Source: Eledone cirrhosa
Lineage: Eukaryota
DNA length: 64,000 nt
NCBI GenBank assembly: GCA_964016885.1
Contig: OZ024743.1
Location: 73,098,001-73,162,000, forward strand
Direction: 5' to 3'
The notes beneath the pieces are model-generated. The model searched no databases. It was not told the DNA's origin and was given only the letters and a program-made list of their open reading frames with translations. Below, in pieces: positions 27,398-38,839 of this stretch. Made by a program: the position numbers and the translations under genes. Within the stretch, counting starts at the first letter, position 1, and each line of letters starts with the position of its first letter.

Positions 27398-30300
27398 TAT
27401 ATTTCTTTTATTTGCCACTAGGGCATCAAAAGTGGGACAAGTACAAAGGGGGGAGTTTACACAAAAAGGCGTCCTCAATAAGGAGGAGGCAATAACAAAA
27501 TATAAAAATAAAATAAGATATAACAAAAAATAAAATTTTTAACAAAATCCTCAATAGAGAGGAGGCGCCTTGGGGGGTCGCACACACCCCCGAAAAAAGT
27601 GTGCAACCCTTCTCCTCAGGAGCACAGAGAAGGGGTGCTCCCTTGGTCTTTCATCTTCCTCACCTATAGTCTGATGTAGAGTGAAGGCCCATTCACACGG
27701 GCCATTCTCGCCACTTTCACCCATCTTTCATAGAAACGGCTGGGGTGCAGCACCTCTCTCTCCATCCTGATCCTTCTTCCGAAATGATATCGGAAGAAAC
27801 GGACCAGTTGTTGGCCAGAGAGAAAGGTGCCCGACCTCAGTCCTTTCAGACGCGTCCACCATACAACCTCTTTCGCCATGGCTATTACGCACAGAAACAC
27901 CGCCTCTGCTTCATCTTTGAAGGGGGGAGGCGGCTTGATCATTACAATAGACTCGGTGGTCAACCGGATCGGTCCCACCCTTGACAGCAGTTGTTCGACA
28001 TAGCCCCACAGATCGGCTACGCCCGAGCAGTGTACTAATGCGTGTGCAACGGTTTCCTCGTCACACACGCATCTGGGACAGATCTTTTTGGCGGGGTCCC
28101 TACCCGGGCGCCCGTGTCTGTAGAGCCTTTCTCGAACGGGTAAAGCCCCTCGGTAGCACTGCCAGGCCAGGGACTTCTGGAAGTTGTCCATAGGTCCCGG
28201 GCTGAATGTCCTACCGAACAGGCTGGCCAGTTCGTCCTCCTCCATGTCTAGGGCTTCTCCGAGGGCGTCGTCGCACCTGCTGCGTACCAGCCCTCTATAG
28301 AATGTTGCGGTGGAGTCTCCACTGATAACCGGATCCGCCTGCCAGAGGGCGGTGAGCGCCTGGGCACACTCAGTGTGCCAGGCGCCCAGTTTTCTCGGTC
28401 TTTGCTTGACCCAGGATTGCAGCTCGGTGAGTGAGACGAGTCTGGGAAAGGTTCGTCTCACAAACGAGGCCCACACCGGTTGTCCGGTGAGGAATACGTA
28501 GAGGTGCCGTAGCCTTAATGCGTGTTTACGCATCATTAGCCACGGCATCCCCAGCCCTCCTTTCGAAGGGTGTTGACAGCAGATGGATCTCCTCACCATA
28601 GGAGCCCGCCTCTTCCAAAGGAATTGGAAGAGCGCGCGCTCCATCTTGGTGAGGGTTTCCCTTGGGCAGGGCACTACGGTCAGGCGGTAGTAGATGACGG
28701 ACGCTATGTAGGTGTTCGCCACCTCCGCCCGGCCTTTCAGGGATAGTTTGCAACTGGCCCACTTCTGGGTCAGTGCAAACACCCTGTTCGTAACCTCCGC
28801 CCAGTTTTTCTCCACCTGGAGGTCCGGTCCGAACCAGACCCCGAGCAACTTCACCGGGCCCTCCGTCCAGCGTCCGACGACGCTATCGGAGGGCATCGGT
28901 CTGCCCCTCCACGTGCCGAGTTGCAAACCGATCGACTTGTCCCGGTTCAGCTTAGCCCCTGTGAACTTTTCGTACTCCTCCAGTAAGGTGCCGACCGCCT
29001 CGATTTCGGAGGCCGTCGACACCATTACTGTCACGTCATCGGCGTAGGCCGACACCGCTTTCCGCAATCCCGGTTCCAAAGGGATGCCCTGCAACAACTC
29101 CAACTTCCGCAGTAGTGGCTCGAGAGTCAACACATACAGAAGGGAGGAGAGAGGGCACCCTTGTCGGATGGACCGCGCGATTTTGAACGGCTCCGAGAGG
29201 TAGCCGTTCACCTTGACCCTAGAGCAGATGCGGCTGCTGTGCATAGCAGTGATCCAGCCCCTGAAAACGGGTCCGAAGCCTGCCGCCGCTAGCACCGCAT
29301 CCAGGTAACCATGGTCGACCCTATCGAACGCCTTAGATTGATCCAAGTTGATCAGAGCCCCACCAAAGCCGGGTTCGTTCCCAACCCTCTCTATGATGTA
29401 TCGCATGAGGTGGAGGTTGTCATGGATGGACCTGGACGGGATAGCGCATGTCTGCGCATCTCCCACCAGGTTGCCCACGGCAAGCGCCAACCTCTTTGCT
29501 AGCACCTTGGCCAAAATCTGTAACTCTGTATTTAGCAGTGTTATGGGCCTGAAGTTACTTATTTCGTCCCCCTTGTTCTCGTCCTTCCTCACTAGCGTGA
29601 CTACGCCCTTGGTCACAGTACAGGGAATTCTCCCGTTCTGTTGCCAGTTGCAGTAGACCGCCTCGAGGAGATCGGGGAACAAGTCCGGCATAGCTAGATA
29701 TAATTCGTAAGGAAGACCATCGAGACCCGGGGATTTGCGTTTGCCGCATTGGCTCAGCACGTCCTCTATCTCAGCGGCCGAAATCGGCTCTTCGCAGGAC
29801 TTCGCCTCCCTGTCCGAGAGGCGCGGCAGGCCGTCGAGGTATGGACCGAAGTCCACGTTCCCAACCGGCTCCCCGCCCCTCCCGAACAGTCGGGCAAAGT
29901 GCCTTTGAAAGGCCTCACACATCTGCTTAGGCTCAAGAATCGCCCGTCCATCCAGGTCTCGCAAAGACCGGATGGTGGATTTAGTTCCACTGTTGGCCTC
30001 TGTCACGCGGGCCCAGCTAACAGCTTTGGTCCCCTCGTTCCCTAGAGCACGTATTTTACTTCGGACAACGCAGCCTTCGTGCTTCGCGTCGAAAAACTGG
30101 CTCAAAGCCGTTCTCGACGCTAGCACTCTGGCCACGTCGCCGCTTCTAATTGCCTCTTCTACTCTATCTATTAGCTCCCTTTCCTTCCTATTCCTATCCG
30201 CAGCTAGAACCTTACTAAATTCTATCGAGACTACTCTAATCTCTCTCTTTAGAGATACCCACCACCTGCTGTTGACGATCGCTCCAGTCAACCGTTCCTT

Positions 30301-31348
30301 AACTAACGTACTAATCCGATTCCTGTAGGCTCTACTTGCCGGCAAGGACAAGTTGAGCTTCCAGTAACCGGGGCCCTGTCTATGAGTTCTGTCAAGGTTG
30401 ACCATGCAGGTCACTAATTTGTGGTCTGAATAGCCAACAATGCGCATTTTTGGACAACTTAAAAAGTCCTTATCCTTAATTCTAACTAAGAACCTATCTA
30501 GGTACGACCTAGATGATCCGCTACGATTTGCCCAAGTCCAGGTTGGCGCAGTCGGAAAATCTAGTCGATATCTATCGGCCAGGTCAAATCGACCGATTAA
30601 CCCTTTGAGGCTATTACACCCCTCTCTATCGGGGCAGGCCCCTACGTAGTCCCAGCGTGCATCTAGGATACCATTCCAGTCCCCCACTAATAGCAAGGAG
30701 CGGGACGTCCCTAGAAAAGTCTCCAGACGATGGAAGAAGTCCGGCCGCATTGACCCGAAAGGGCCGTAGGCGGCTACCAACCTAAACGCTCCGCCTTTAC
30801 CACTGCCAAGGTCCAGAACCACTAGTCGACCCTCCGGGTCCAAATGTACCATCTGTGTTGCGAGACCCAGATGTTTTTGCAGCAGAACGACAACTCCACC
30901 CCCACCTCCGGGCTGACAGAGAGATGCGTGCATCTCAAAGTCATCAAAGGTGGGGGCCAGCTGTCGCACGTTGCTGATCCGGGCCTCGCAAATAACCATC
31001 ACATCTATACGTTGTGACCTGAGGTCATTTAGAAGCATTGCTTGCTTCCAAGTTGAGCCCAGGCCACGCGCATTTAAACAGCCTACTCTTAGCATAGCCA
31101 TGTTGGTGGTGAAGAGAAAAGGCACTTACCTCTCTGCGTCCCGGGTATCGGGCTGCACAATTTCCATTAGGGTGGGGGATGGGTTGTTGGGTGGGGTGGT
31201 GGTTTGTGGAAGTGTGGGGGCATCAGTGTGTTGTGTGGTTGGGGAGCTTGGAGTTGTGAGGGTGTTTGGGGAGGGGGTGGGATAGTTTTTTAGGAGGACG
31301 CGGTTAATGGGCCCGACGCAGGGGGGACCCACGTCCTCTTTAAAATTG
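27398..31348 (-). mobile_element. L1/Tx1-type LINE copy 1, 5'-truncated within ORF1
   Basis: The 3' end gtggcaaataaaagaaat runs into (ATCT)n. ORF2 is intact. The ORF1 tail at 31126-31348 is homologous to 34612-34850. Confidence 0.9.
27664..31101 (-). CDS. Intact LINE ORF2: APE endonuclease + reverse transcriptase + C-terminal zinc finger (L1/Tx1-like)
   Basis: Uninterrupted frame with LNARGL, GDWN, SYLDRF, SDH; KSPGLDG, FRPITLLN, DQSKAFDRVDH, RQGCPLS, AYADD; CPRC..ETVAHALVHC. First ATG at 31101. Confidence 0.93.
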   Translation of the reverse strand: MAMLRVGCLNARGLGSTWKQAMLLNDLRSQRIDVMVICEARISNVRQLAPTFDDFEMHASLCQPGGGGGVVVLLQKHLGLATQMVHLDPEGRLVVLDLGSGKGGAFRLVAAYGPFGSMRPDFFHRLETFLGTSRSLLLVGDWNGILDARWDYVGACPDREGCNSLKGLIGRFDLADRYRLDFPTAPTWTWANRSGSSRSYLDRFLVRIKDKDFLSCPKMRIVGYSDHKLVTCMVNLDRTHRQGPGYWKLNLSLPASRAYRNRISTLVKERLTGAIVNSRWWVSLKREIRVVSIEFSKVLAADRNRKERELIDRVEEAIRSGDVARVLASRTALSQFFDAKHEGCVVRSKIRALGNEGTKAVSWARVTEANSGTKSTIRSLRDLDGRAILEPKQMCEAFQRHFARLFGRGGEPVGNVDFGPYLDGLPRLSDREAKSCEEPISAAEIEDVLSQCGKRKSPGLDGLPYELYLAMPDLFPDLLEAVYCNWQQNGRIPCTVTKGVVTLVRKDENKGDEISNFRPITLLNTELQILAKVLAKRLALAVGNLVGDAQTCAIPSRSIHDNLHLMRYIIERVGNEPGFGGALINLDQSKAFDRVDHGYLDAVLAAAGFGPVFRGWITAMHSSRICSRVKVNGYLSEPFKIARSIRQGCPLSSLLYVLTLEPLLRKLELLQGIPLEPGLRKAVSAYADDVTVMVSTASEIEAVGTLLEEYEKFTGAKLNRDKSIGLQLGTWRGRPMPSDSVVGRWTEGPVKLLGVWFGPDLQVEKNWAEVTNRVFALTQKWASCKLSLKGRAEVANTYIASVIYYRLTVVPCPRETLTKMERALFQFLWKRRAPMVRRSICCQHPSKGGLGMPWLMMRKHALRLRHLYVFLTGQPVWASFVRRTFPRLVSLTELQSWVKQRPRKLGAWHTECAQALTALWQADPVISGDSTATFYRGLVRSRCDDALGEALDMEEDELASLFGRTFSPGPMDNFQKSLAWQCYRGALPVRERLYRHGRPGRDPAKKICPRCVCDEETVAHALVHCSGVADLWGYVEQLLSRVGPIRLTTESIVMIKPPPPFKDEAEAVFLCVIAMAKEVVWWTRLKGLRSGTFLSGQQLVRFFRYHFGRRIRMEREVLHPSRFYERWVKVARMARVNGPSLYIRL

Positions 31349-31592
31349 AGATATGTTTCTTTATTGGCCACAAGGGCACAAAAGAAGGGGACAAATACAA
31401 AGGAGGTTGTTTACATACAATAAAAACGTGTAAAATACTATCACAAATACAATTTAAAAGTTAATCGATTTTCCCCAATAAGGGGAGACATTACATATTG
31501 GTAACACATACCCCCGAAAAAAATGTGCAACCCTCATTTCCAGGAGTACGAAAAGTTTGTACCCCTTTCCTCTCCTCCTCTTTTTCCTCAAC

Positions 31593-34575
31593 CTACAGGC
31601 TGATATAGAGAGAATGCCCATTCACTCGGGCCATTCTCACCACTTTCACCCACCTTTCATAAAAATGGCTGGGGTACAGCACCTCTCTCTCCATCCTGAT
31701 TCTTCTTCTTAAGTGGTATTTGAAAAAAAGAATCAGTTGTTGGCCGGAGAGAAAGGTCTCTGTCCTCAGTCCTTTCAACCTTGTCCACCATACAACTCCT
31801 TTCGCCATAGCTATCACACAAAGGAAAACCGCCTCTCCTTCGTTTTTGAAGGAGAGTGGAGGTTTGATCATGACAATGGACTCGGTGGTCAACCGGATTG
31901 GTCCCACCCGCGACAATAGTCGTTCTACATAGCCCCACAAGTCGGTAACGCCCGGGCAGTGTATGCTTGCGTGCGCGACGGTTTCTTCGTCTCGCACGCA
32001 CCTCGGACAGATCTTTTTCGAAGGGTCCCTGCCCTGGCGCCCATGTCTGTAGAGCTTGTCTCGAACTGGTCGAGCTCCTCGGTATCACTGCCAGGCCAGG
32101 GACTTTTGGAAGTTGTCCATCAGTCCCGGGCGGAAGGTCCTACCGAACAGACTGGCCAGTTCTTCTTCCTCTACGCCCAGAGTTTCACCGAGCGCGTCGT
32201 CGCACTTGATGCGGATCAACCCTCTATAGAATGACGAAGTGGAGTCTCCGCTGATCGCCGGGTCCGCCTGCCAGAGGGCTGTGAGCGCCTGAGCACATTT
32301 GATGTGCCAGTCGCCCATTTTCCTAGGTCTTTCCACCTGGAGGTCCGGACCAAACCAGACTCCGAGCAGCTTTACCGGTCCTTCAGTCCGGCGTCCGACG
32401 ACGCCATCGGAAGGCATCGGTTTGCCTCTCCACGATCCGAGTTGCAAACCAATGGACTTGTCCCGATTCAACTTCGCTCCTATGAACCTTTCGTATTCCT
32501 TCAGTAAGGTGCTGACTTCCTCGATTTGCGAGACGCCCGACACTATTACTGATACGTCGTCGGCGTAGGCCGACGCCGCTTTCCGCAGTTCCGATTCCAG
32601 AGGGATGCCCTGCAATAGCTCCAACTTCCGCAGTAGTGGCTCGAGAGTCAGTACGTACAGAAGGGAGGAGAGAGGGCATCCCTTTTGAATGGATCGCATG
32701 ATATGGAACGGCTCCGAGAGTTAGCCGTTCACCTTGACCCTTGAGCAGATGTTGCTGTTGTGCATTACAGAAATCCAGCCCCGAGGCCTGCCGCCTCGAG
32801 CAACGCATCCAGGTAACGATGGTCAACCCCAGCGAAAGCCTTAGACTGATCCAAGTTGATTAGGGCCCCACCGAAGCCGGGTTTATACTCTACCCTCTCT
32901 ATGTTGTATCGCATGAGGTGGAAGTGGTCGTGTATGGACCTGGTCGGGATTGCGCATGTCTGCGCTTCTCCCACCAGGTTCTCAACGACAAGCGTCAGCC
33001 TCTTTGTCAACACCCTGGCCAAAATCTGTAACTCTGTGTTTAGCAGAGTTAGGTGCCGGAAGTTGCCTATGTTATCCCCCTTATTCTCGTCATTCCTGAC
33101 TAGTGTGACTACGCCCCCGGTCACTGAACTGGGAATTCTCCCGTTCTGTTGCCAGTTGCAGTAGACCGTTTCCAGAAGACCGGAGAATAAGTCCGGCATT
33201 GCTACGTAAAATTCGTAGGGCAGACCGTCGAGATCTGGAGATTTGCGTTTGCCGCATTGGCTCAACGCGTCCCCTATCTCAGCGGCTGAAATCGGCTTTT
33301 CGCAGAACTTCGCTTCGCTGTCCGAGAGTCGCGGTAGGCCGTCGAGGTATGGACTGAAATCCTTAGCCCCTCCCGGCGCGCCGCCTTGCCCGAACAGTTG
33401 AGCAAAGTGCCGCTGAAAGGCCGCACCCATCTGCTTCGGCTCACGTATCACGCGTCCGTCTTGGTCTTTCAAAGACCGAATCGTGGACTTGTTGCCACTT
33501 TTTGCCTCCGTCACTCGGGCCCAGCTAACAGCATTGGCTCCCTCGTTTCCTAGAGCACGTATTTTGCTTCTGACAGCCCTCGTGCTTTGCGTCGAAGAAC
33601 TGGTCCAAGGCCGTTCTCGTGCTAGCACGCTGGCTACGTTGCCACTTCTAATTGCCTCTTCTACTTTATCTACCAGTTCCTTCTCGGTCCTATTTTTATC
33701 TAACGCTAATTCTTTACTAAAAACTAACGAGTCTAATCTAACTGCCCTCTTGAGAGAGTGCCGCCATCTGTTGTTGACATTGGCCCCTGTCAAGTGCTGT
33801 TTAACTAAAGTGCTAATCCGTCTACTCTAAGCTTTACATGTCGGTAACGACAAGTTTAGCTTCCAGTAGCCGGGTCCTTGTCTATGAGTTCTATCAAGGT
33901 TGAGCATGCAGGTCACTAGTTTGTGATCTGAATAGGCAACCATGAACATTTGTGGACAGCTTAACATGTTCCTATCCTTATTTCTAACTAGAACCCTATC
34001 TAGGTACGATCTAGATGTTCCGTTACGATTTGTCCACGTCCACAGTGGCACAGTCGGAAAATCTAGTCGATATCTATCGGCCAGGTCAAATCGGCCGATT
34101 AACTGTTTGAGGCTGTTACACCCCCTTTATCGGGACATGCTCCCACATAGTCCCAACCTGTATCTACGATTCCATTCCAGTCCCCCACTAAAAGCAAGGA
34201 GTAGGACGTTCCCAGAATCTCTCTAGACGTTTGAAGAAGTCTGGCTGCGGTGTTCCGGATGGGGAATATGCGGCCACCAGCCTGAAGGCTCCACCTTCAC
34301 TACCCTCAACGTCTAGCACCACCAGTCGACCCTCCGGGTTCAGATGTACCGTCTGTGTTACGAGGCCCAGGTGTTTCTGCAGCAAAACGGCAACCCCGCC
34401 CCACCCTCCGGCTGACAGAGAGATGCGTAGATCTCAAGGTCATCGAAGATGGAGGCCAGCTGTCGCTCGCTGTGGATCCTGGACTCGCAAATGGCTAATA
34501 CATCCATACTGTGCGACCTGAGGTCGTTTAAGAGTTTGCCCTGTTTCCACGCATCGAACTCTTATATTGGCCACG
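31593..34575 (-). pseudogene. Frameshifted ORF2 of copy 2 with a ~0.4-kb internal deletion
   Basis: Fragments are collinear with the copy 1 ORF2. GPDLQVE is joined directly to RPRKMG. Confidence 0.9.
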
Positions 34576-34611
34576 TTGGTTCTGAAAAGTTAAAAAAAGA
34601 GAAGAAAACAC

Positions 34612-36500
34612 TCAACTCTTCGTCTCCCGGAGATCAGGCCGCACGATTTCCATGGGGGTGTTAGAGGGGTTGTCTGGGTGGGTGGTGGTTTCCGGCAGGG
34701 TGGGGACGGGATATTTGGTGGGGTGGGGGTGTCTGGAGTGGGGGTGTCTGGGGTGGAGGTGTCTGGGATGAGGGTGGGGAAACTTTTTCAAAGGACGCGG
34801 TTTAATGGGTTTAACACAAGGATTACCCACGTCCTTAGGAAAGTTTTCCTTTAAAGACTTATAGGTGTTCGTAGGGACCCTAATCATCTTTAAATTAGGT
34901 TTGTCTACACAGTTCGAAAAAGTTTTCTCTTCGGTGAAAACCGAAAGGTCGTTGGAGATGACCTCCATTAAGGTTTAAAGTTTTGTTTTTACTGTTTATG
35001 TATATGTAATGTTCTTGTGTTACGGTGGTTTTTGTCTGTTGTTCTTGTGGGAGCTTTCGTTTTGTTGTAGGTGTTTGTGTTTGGAGTGATGTCGTGGTTT
35101 TGTTTTCGGGGGGGGGGGTTGTAATGTTTGTGTTGTTTGTGTTGGTGGTTGTATGTTTGTAGTGATGTTTGTTGTTTTTTGTTCTTGTGTTGTCTTTTCT
35201 TCTTTCTTTTCGAACGGAGAGGCTCTCCCTCATCGTCACTTGGTGCTGATGTGGGGGCCTCGTCCGTTGTGGTGTCTGTGTTATTTGGAAGGGGTATATT
35301 TTGGGGAGCTGTTGTGTTTGTGTGTGTTTTTGCAGTGGTTTTAGTTGGAGTGGGGTTGGGTCGGACTGTGCGTGCAGGTTGGTTCGTTGTTCTTGTTTTG
35401 GTTATGTTTGCGTGCTGTTGTTGTTGTTGTGGTGGTGGTGGTGGTGGTGGTGGTGGTTGTGTTGTTGTTTTGGGTGTTGGCAGTAGTGCCTCTTTTTTGT
35501 AGTCAACTGAGGACAGCAAGCCTTCGGGTGACCACAGCTTAATCAGTGGTAACATGAAGGCCGCCTACCTCAACAGAAATATTTTTGTGTGAAATTCCAT
35601 CCAGAGGCACACGTTGGGATATTTTAGCTATCCGTTCTGGCCTCATTTGGACCAGAACTTCCATGCTTGTACCATTGAATGTGCCTCTGGAGGACTTTCC
35701 CACCGAAATGATGATGTCTTCGTCGAAATCGCTGAAGCCAGTTAAAATCCACCAGACGTTTACATTTGGTGCAATGTTCGAAATTTTTATCTTTTGTGTT
35801 CTTTTCCCATATATGTGGGGAAAAAAGGTGTAAAGGGGGGACACAATCGGTGATACAGAATATTTTTGTGCTGCCAATTGGTCTTTCAACAACACCGAAA
35901 TGCTTCCAAAAAGTTTCCCTTTTTGGATGAAGGCAATATCCTTCATGGAATTCTTCAGAACCAGTTCAATGTCGTTTTGGGATAATTGAACTGGTTTTTT
36001 TGACACATTTGAAACCGTCCTAAAAATTACTGTCTTTAGAACAGTTTCTCTGCGTAACTGTCGAGGAGAAGTGATGCTGAAAGCACCACTCTCACCAAAA
36101 GTTACATACTGTTTTGCATCGCTTAATATTTCCCTAGCATTGGAAATGTCAAGGTATGTGAACAGTTCCGTCTTTTGGACGGTTTGAGCAAAGGTTTGAG
36201 CAAAATCTTTTCCTTGTTCGTGTTGCTGTTGTTGTTGGTGGTGGTGTTGTTATCATTGTTGCTGCTGTTGTTTTTGTTGTCATTGTTGTTGTTCAGGTTG
36301 GTGTTGTTTATATTTTGCATGTTATTGGTGTTTGTATTAGTGTTGATGTTACAATCAACGTCCGACATCGTGTTTTCAAAACTGATGACATTTTCGATGT
36401 CTTTAAATGAGGTGGTGAGAGGAGGTGACTGCGAGCTTAACACTCTTACCGCCTCTCCACCACTTCTAGTACTGAACGCAGCGTCCATGACTAAATGCAA
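34612..36500 (-). pseudogene. Disrupted ORF1 of copy 2
   Basis: Same-strand ORF pieces upstream of ORF2 with Asn/Thr/Pro-rich linkers. The C-terminus is homologous to the copy 1 ORF1 tail. Confidence 0.7.
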
Positions 36501-36751
36501 GATTTGTTTACAATTTTTTCACCGGCGAAATTTTTTCCAAACGAAAATTTCACCCCAGGGATGGGTGAAGTTGACTTGACCCACTGTCTGAAAGTCCAGA
36601 CGTGGGATCAAGCTATAAAACAGTATTAAATTTAACGATAAATTTTTGATTTCTTCCTTAGAAAAACAACAAAAACTTACCAGCGAACTGGCACACGCCT
36701 CAAGTAAAACAGAGAGAGATAGATAGATACATACATACATAGATAGGTAGA

Positions 36752-36982
36752 TATTAGTATTAGAGGTGCAAAGTAATTAAGTCCGTATGCGGTATGCCAA
36801 GATGTGGGGAGCAGAGTATCAATAATATTATATAATAATATATAAGACCCTTAGGCGCGAGTCTACATGTTAACACATATCTGAAGAGCTTCCGATTTCA
36901 GAGTCAGGATCGATCATTAAGCGATCGTTCTTTCAGCTGATGTAATTAAATATGTATATGATGCAACACTGATTCTTTGTTC

Positions 36983-36987
<5 letters not shown>
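36752..36987. repeat. Diverged, rearranged family D fragment
   Basis: gtccgtatgcggta, acatatctgaaga..cgatttcagagtcagg and cactgattct are shared with 37443-38035. Confidence 0.6.
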
Positions 36988-37034
<47 letters not shown>

Positions 37035-37038
<4 letters not shown>

Positions 37039-37384
37039 AAAAAGGGATGTAATCGAAAATGCAACTGAAGTCTTATTTTTTTTTTAAATATATATATTTA
37101 TTTGGTTCCTTTACCGGTTTCGCAGTTCTTCTGCTTTTCAAAAGGTGAGTTGAGATGGAGGGTCTGTGGTTTTTCTCACATCTGGGAAAAACCACAGACC
37201 CTCCATCTCAACTCACCTTTTGAAAAGCAGAAGAACTGCGAAACCGGTAAAGGAACCAAATAAATATATATATTTTTAAAAAAAATAAGACTTCAGTTGC
37301 ATTTTCGATTTCATCCCTTTTTCTTTATACTTCCACTCGTGTAGGACACCTCGGTTATTTTTCATTTTGTAAAAAAAACTTCAC

Positions 37385-37391
<7 letters not shown>
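37035..37391. mobile_element. Family C fold-back carrying U3-A8 hammerheads on both strands (37108-37145 minus, 37216-37253 plus)
   Basis: Arms ~37035-37176 and ~37186-37328 plus a ~60-nt tail. (TA)n flanks. Confidence 0.85.
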
Positions 37392-37442
<51 letters not shown>

Positions 37443-37446
<4 letters not shown>

Positions 37447-38035
37447 GGTGGTGGATGCTTAAAGCGTCCGTATGCGGTAGGCCGTATCTGCTCTCGATGC
37501 TCTCATAGAGCAGAGTATGATATCACAGACAAAAAGAGAATCAGTGTTGCGACGAATGGAATTTATTTGGACATATTACAATCATTTCTCTGGCAACCAG
37601 CTCGAGGCACGATCGATGTGATGATCGAACCTGACTCTGAAAATCGCAAGGCCCTCAGATACGTCTTGATTCTACGAAGCAGATTTTCTTATGAGGAAGA
37701 GTACTGGAATCTCTCCGTGGCAACTCGCGTCAGACGCTCGAGTTGGGAGGAGCAAAATAATTGGTGTTGGATGCTTAAAGCGTCCGTATGCGGTAGGCCG
37801 TATGAGCACTCAATGCTCTCATAGAGCAGAAAAAAAGTGAATCATTGTTGCGACGAATGGAATTTGTTGGACATAATATATAGGAAAATCTGGTGCGTAG
37901 AATCAAACATATCTGAGGACCTTGCGATTTTCAATCATCACATCGATCGTGCCTCGAGCTGGTCGCCAGAGAAACGATTGTAATATGTCCAATAAATTCC
38001 ATTTGTCGCACACTGATTCTCTTTTTTTCTGTGAT
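37443..38035. mobile_element. Retrozyme-like family D: 316-bp unit, partial tandem repeat and inverted arm
   Basis: The sequence at 37443 recurs at 37759. 37880-38035 is an inverted copy of ~37520-37690. HHRs at 37571-37664 (minus) and 37907-37988 (plus). Confidence 0.8.
37907..37988 (+). ncRNA. Type I hammerhead with extended helix II
   Basis: acatat-CTGAGGA-c cttgcga...tcgccag a-GAAA-cgattg-TA-atatgt. Confidence 0.75.
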
Positions 38036-38594
38036 ATATATATATATATATATATATACGATATTAATAAATGGAAACTATATTTATAAAACCATATTTA
38101 TTTCATTATACATATTTCAGGGATACCAAATTAATGTCCCATTCATGAATATTAATATTTATATTTTTATTATTCATTTCATATAAATTGTTAACTCAAC
38201 TTAATATGACATGACGTAAAGTTTTCATTATCTCCCCCTCTCTCTATATAATATTTCTCTCTCTTGGGTTTTTCTATCTGTCTGATGACTTAATATCTCT
38301 CTGTTGCTTTCCTCTGTTTTTCTTATTTCTTCCGTTTTTCTTTTTTTCTTTCTTTCCTCCTGTCTTTATTTATCTCCTTCTTTTTTCTCCATGCATTTCT
38401 CTCTCTCCGATATTTCTCCACGTTTTTTCTTTCTCTCTCTCCGTCTTTTTCTTTCTCTCCGTCTTTTTTTAATTGTCCTTAACACTATGACTTATTAAAA
38501 TAATATAAACCACTCATTATCTAGATGGCTTCCAAATAATGGTTGCATTTTAAAAGGGTACGTCAAAGCTTATTTGTAAAACTGTTATATATTG

Positions 38595-38659
38595 TATTTT
38601 GTCTGATGAAGGCATACCATAATTTAATTTGGTATCCCTGAAATATGTATAATGAAATA
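38595..38659 (+). ncRNA. Minimal type I hammerhead (family B) in the 5' pLTR
   Basis: tattttgt-CTGATGA-aggcatacca...tggtatccct-GAAA-tatgta-TA-atgaaata. Confidence 0.85.
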
Positions 38660-38839
38660 AATATGGTTTTATAAATATAGTTTCCATTTATTAATATCCT
38701 ATATCTACTCCAAATACTTGTCGAGTGCTTTATATCAGTTATAAAAATATTTACTTGTTGTATCCCAACAATTCTAAATAGAAGTTTTGCATATATTCTG
38801 CTCCTGTATTGTTGAGCGCTTTACATTATAACTGAAAAA

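Larger units (their letters stand above)
31349..36715 (-). mobile_element. L1/Tx1-type LINE copy 2, apparently full-length but decayed
   Basis: The 3' end gtggccaataaagaaacatatct is fused to copy 1. The 5' end abuts (AGAT/ATAC)n. Confidence 0.88.

Noticed and set aside
31105-34620. Splice-donor-like motif at the ORF1 stop (AG/GTAAGT in copy 1, AG/TTGAGT...TTTTCAG in copy 2) suggesting an ORF1-ORF2 fusion intron
   Set aside because: The implied introns are only ~21-34 nt, and neither copy has both a GT donor and an AG acceptor.
27745-35542. Plus-strand ORFs over the LINE pair
   Set aside because: Antisense shadows of GC-rich ORF1/ORF2 with no recognisable motifs.
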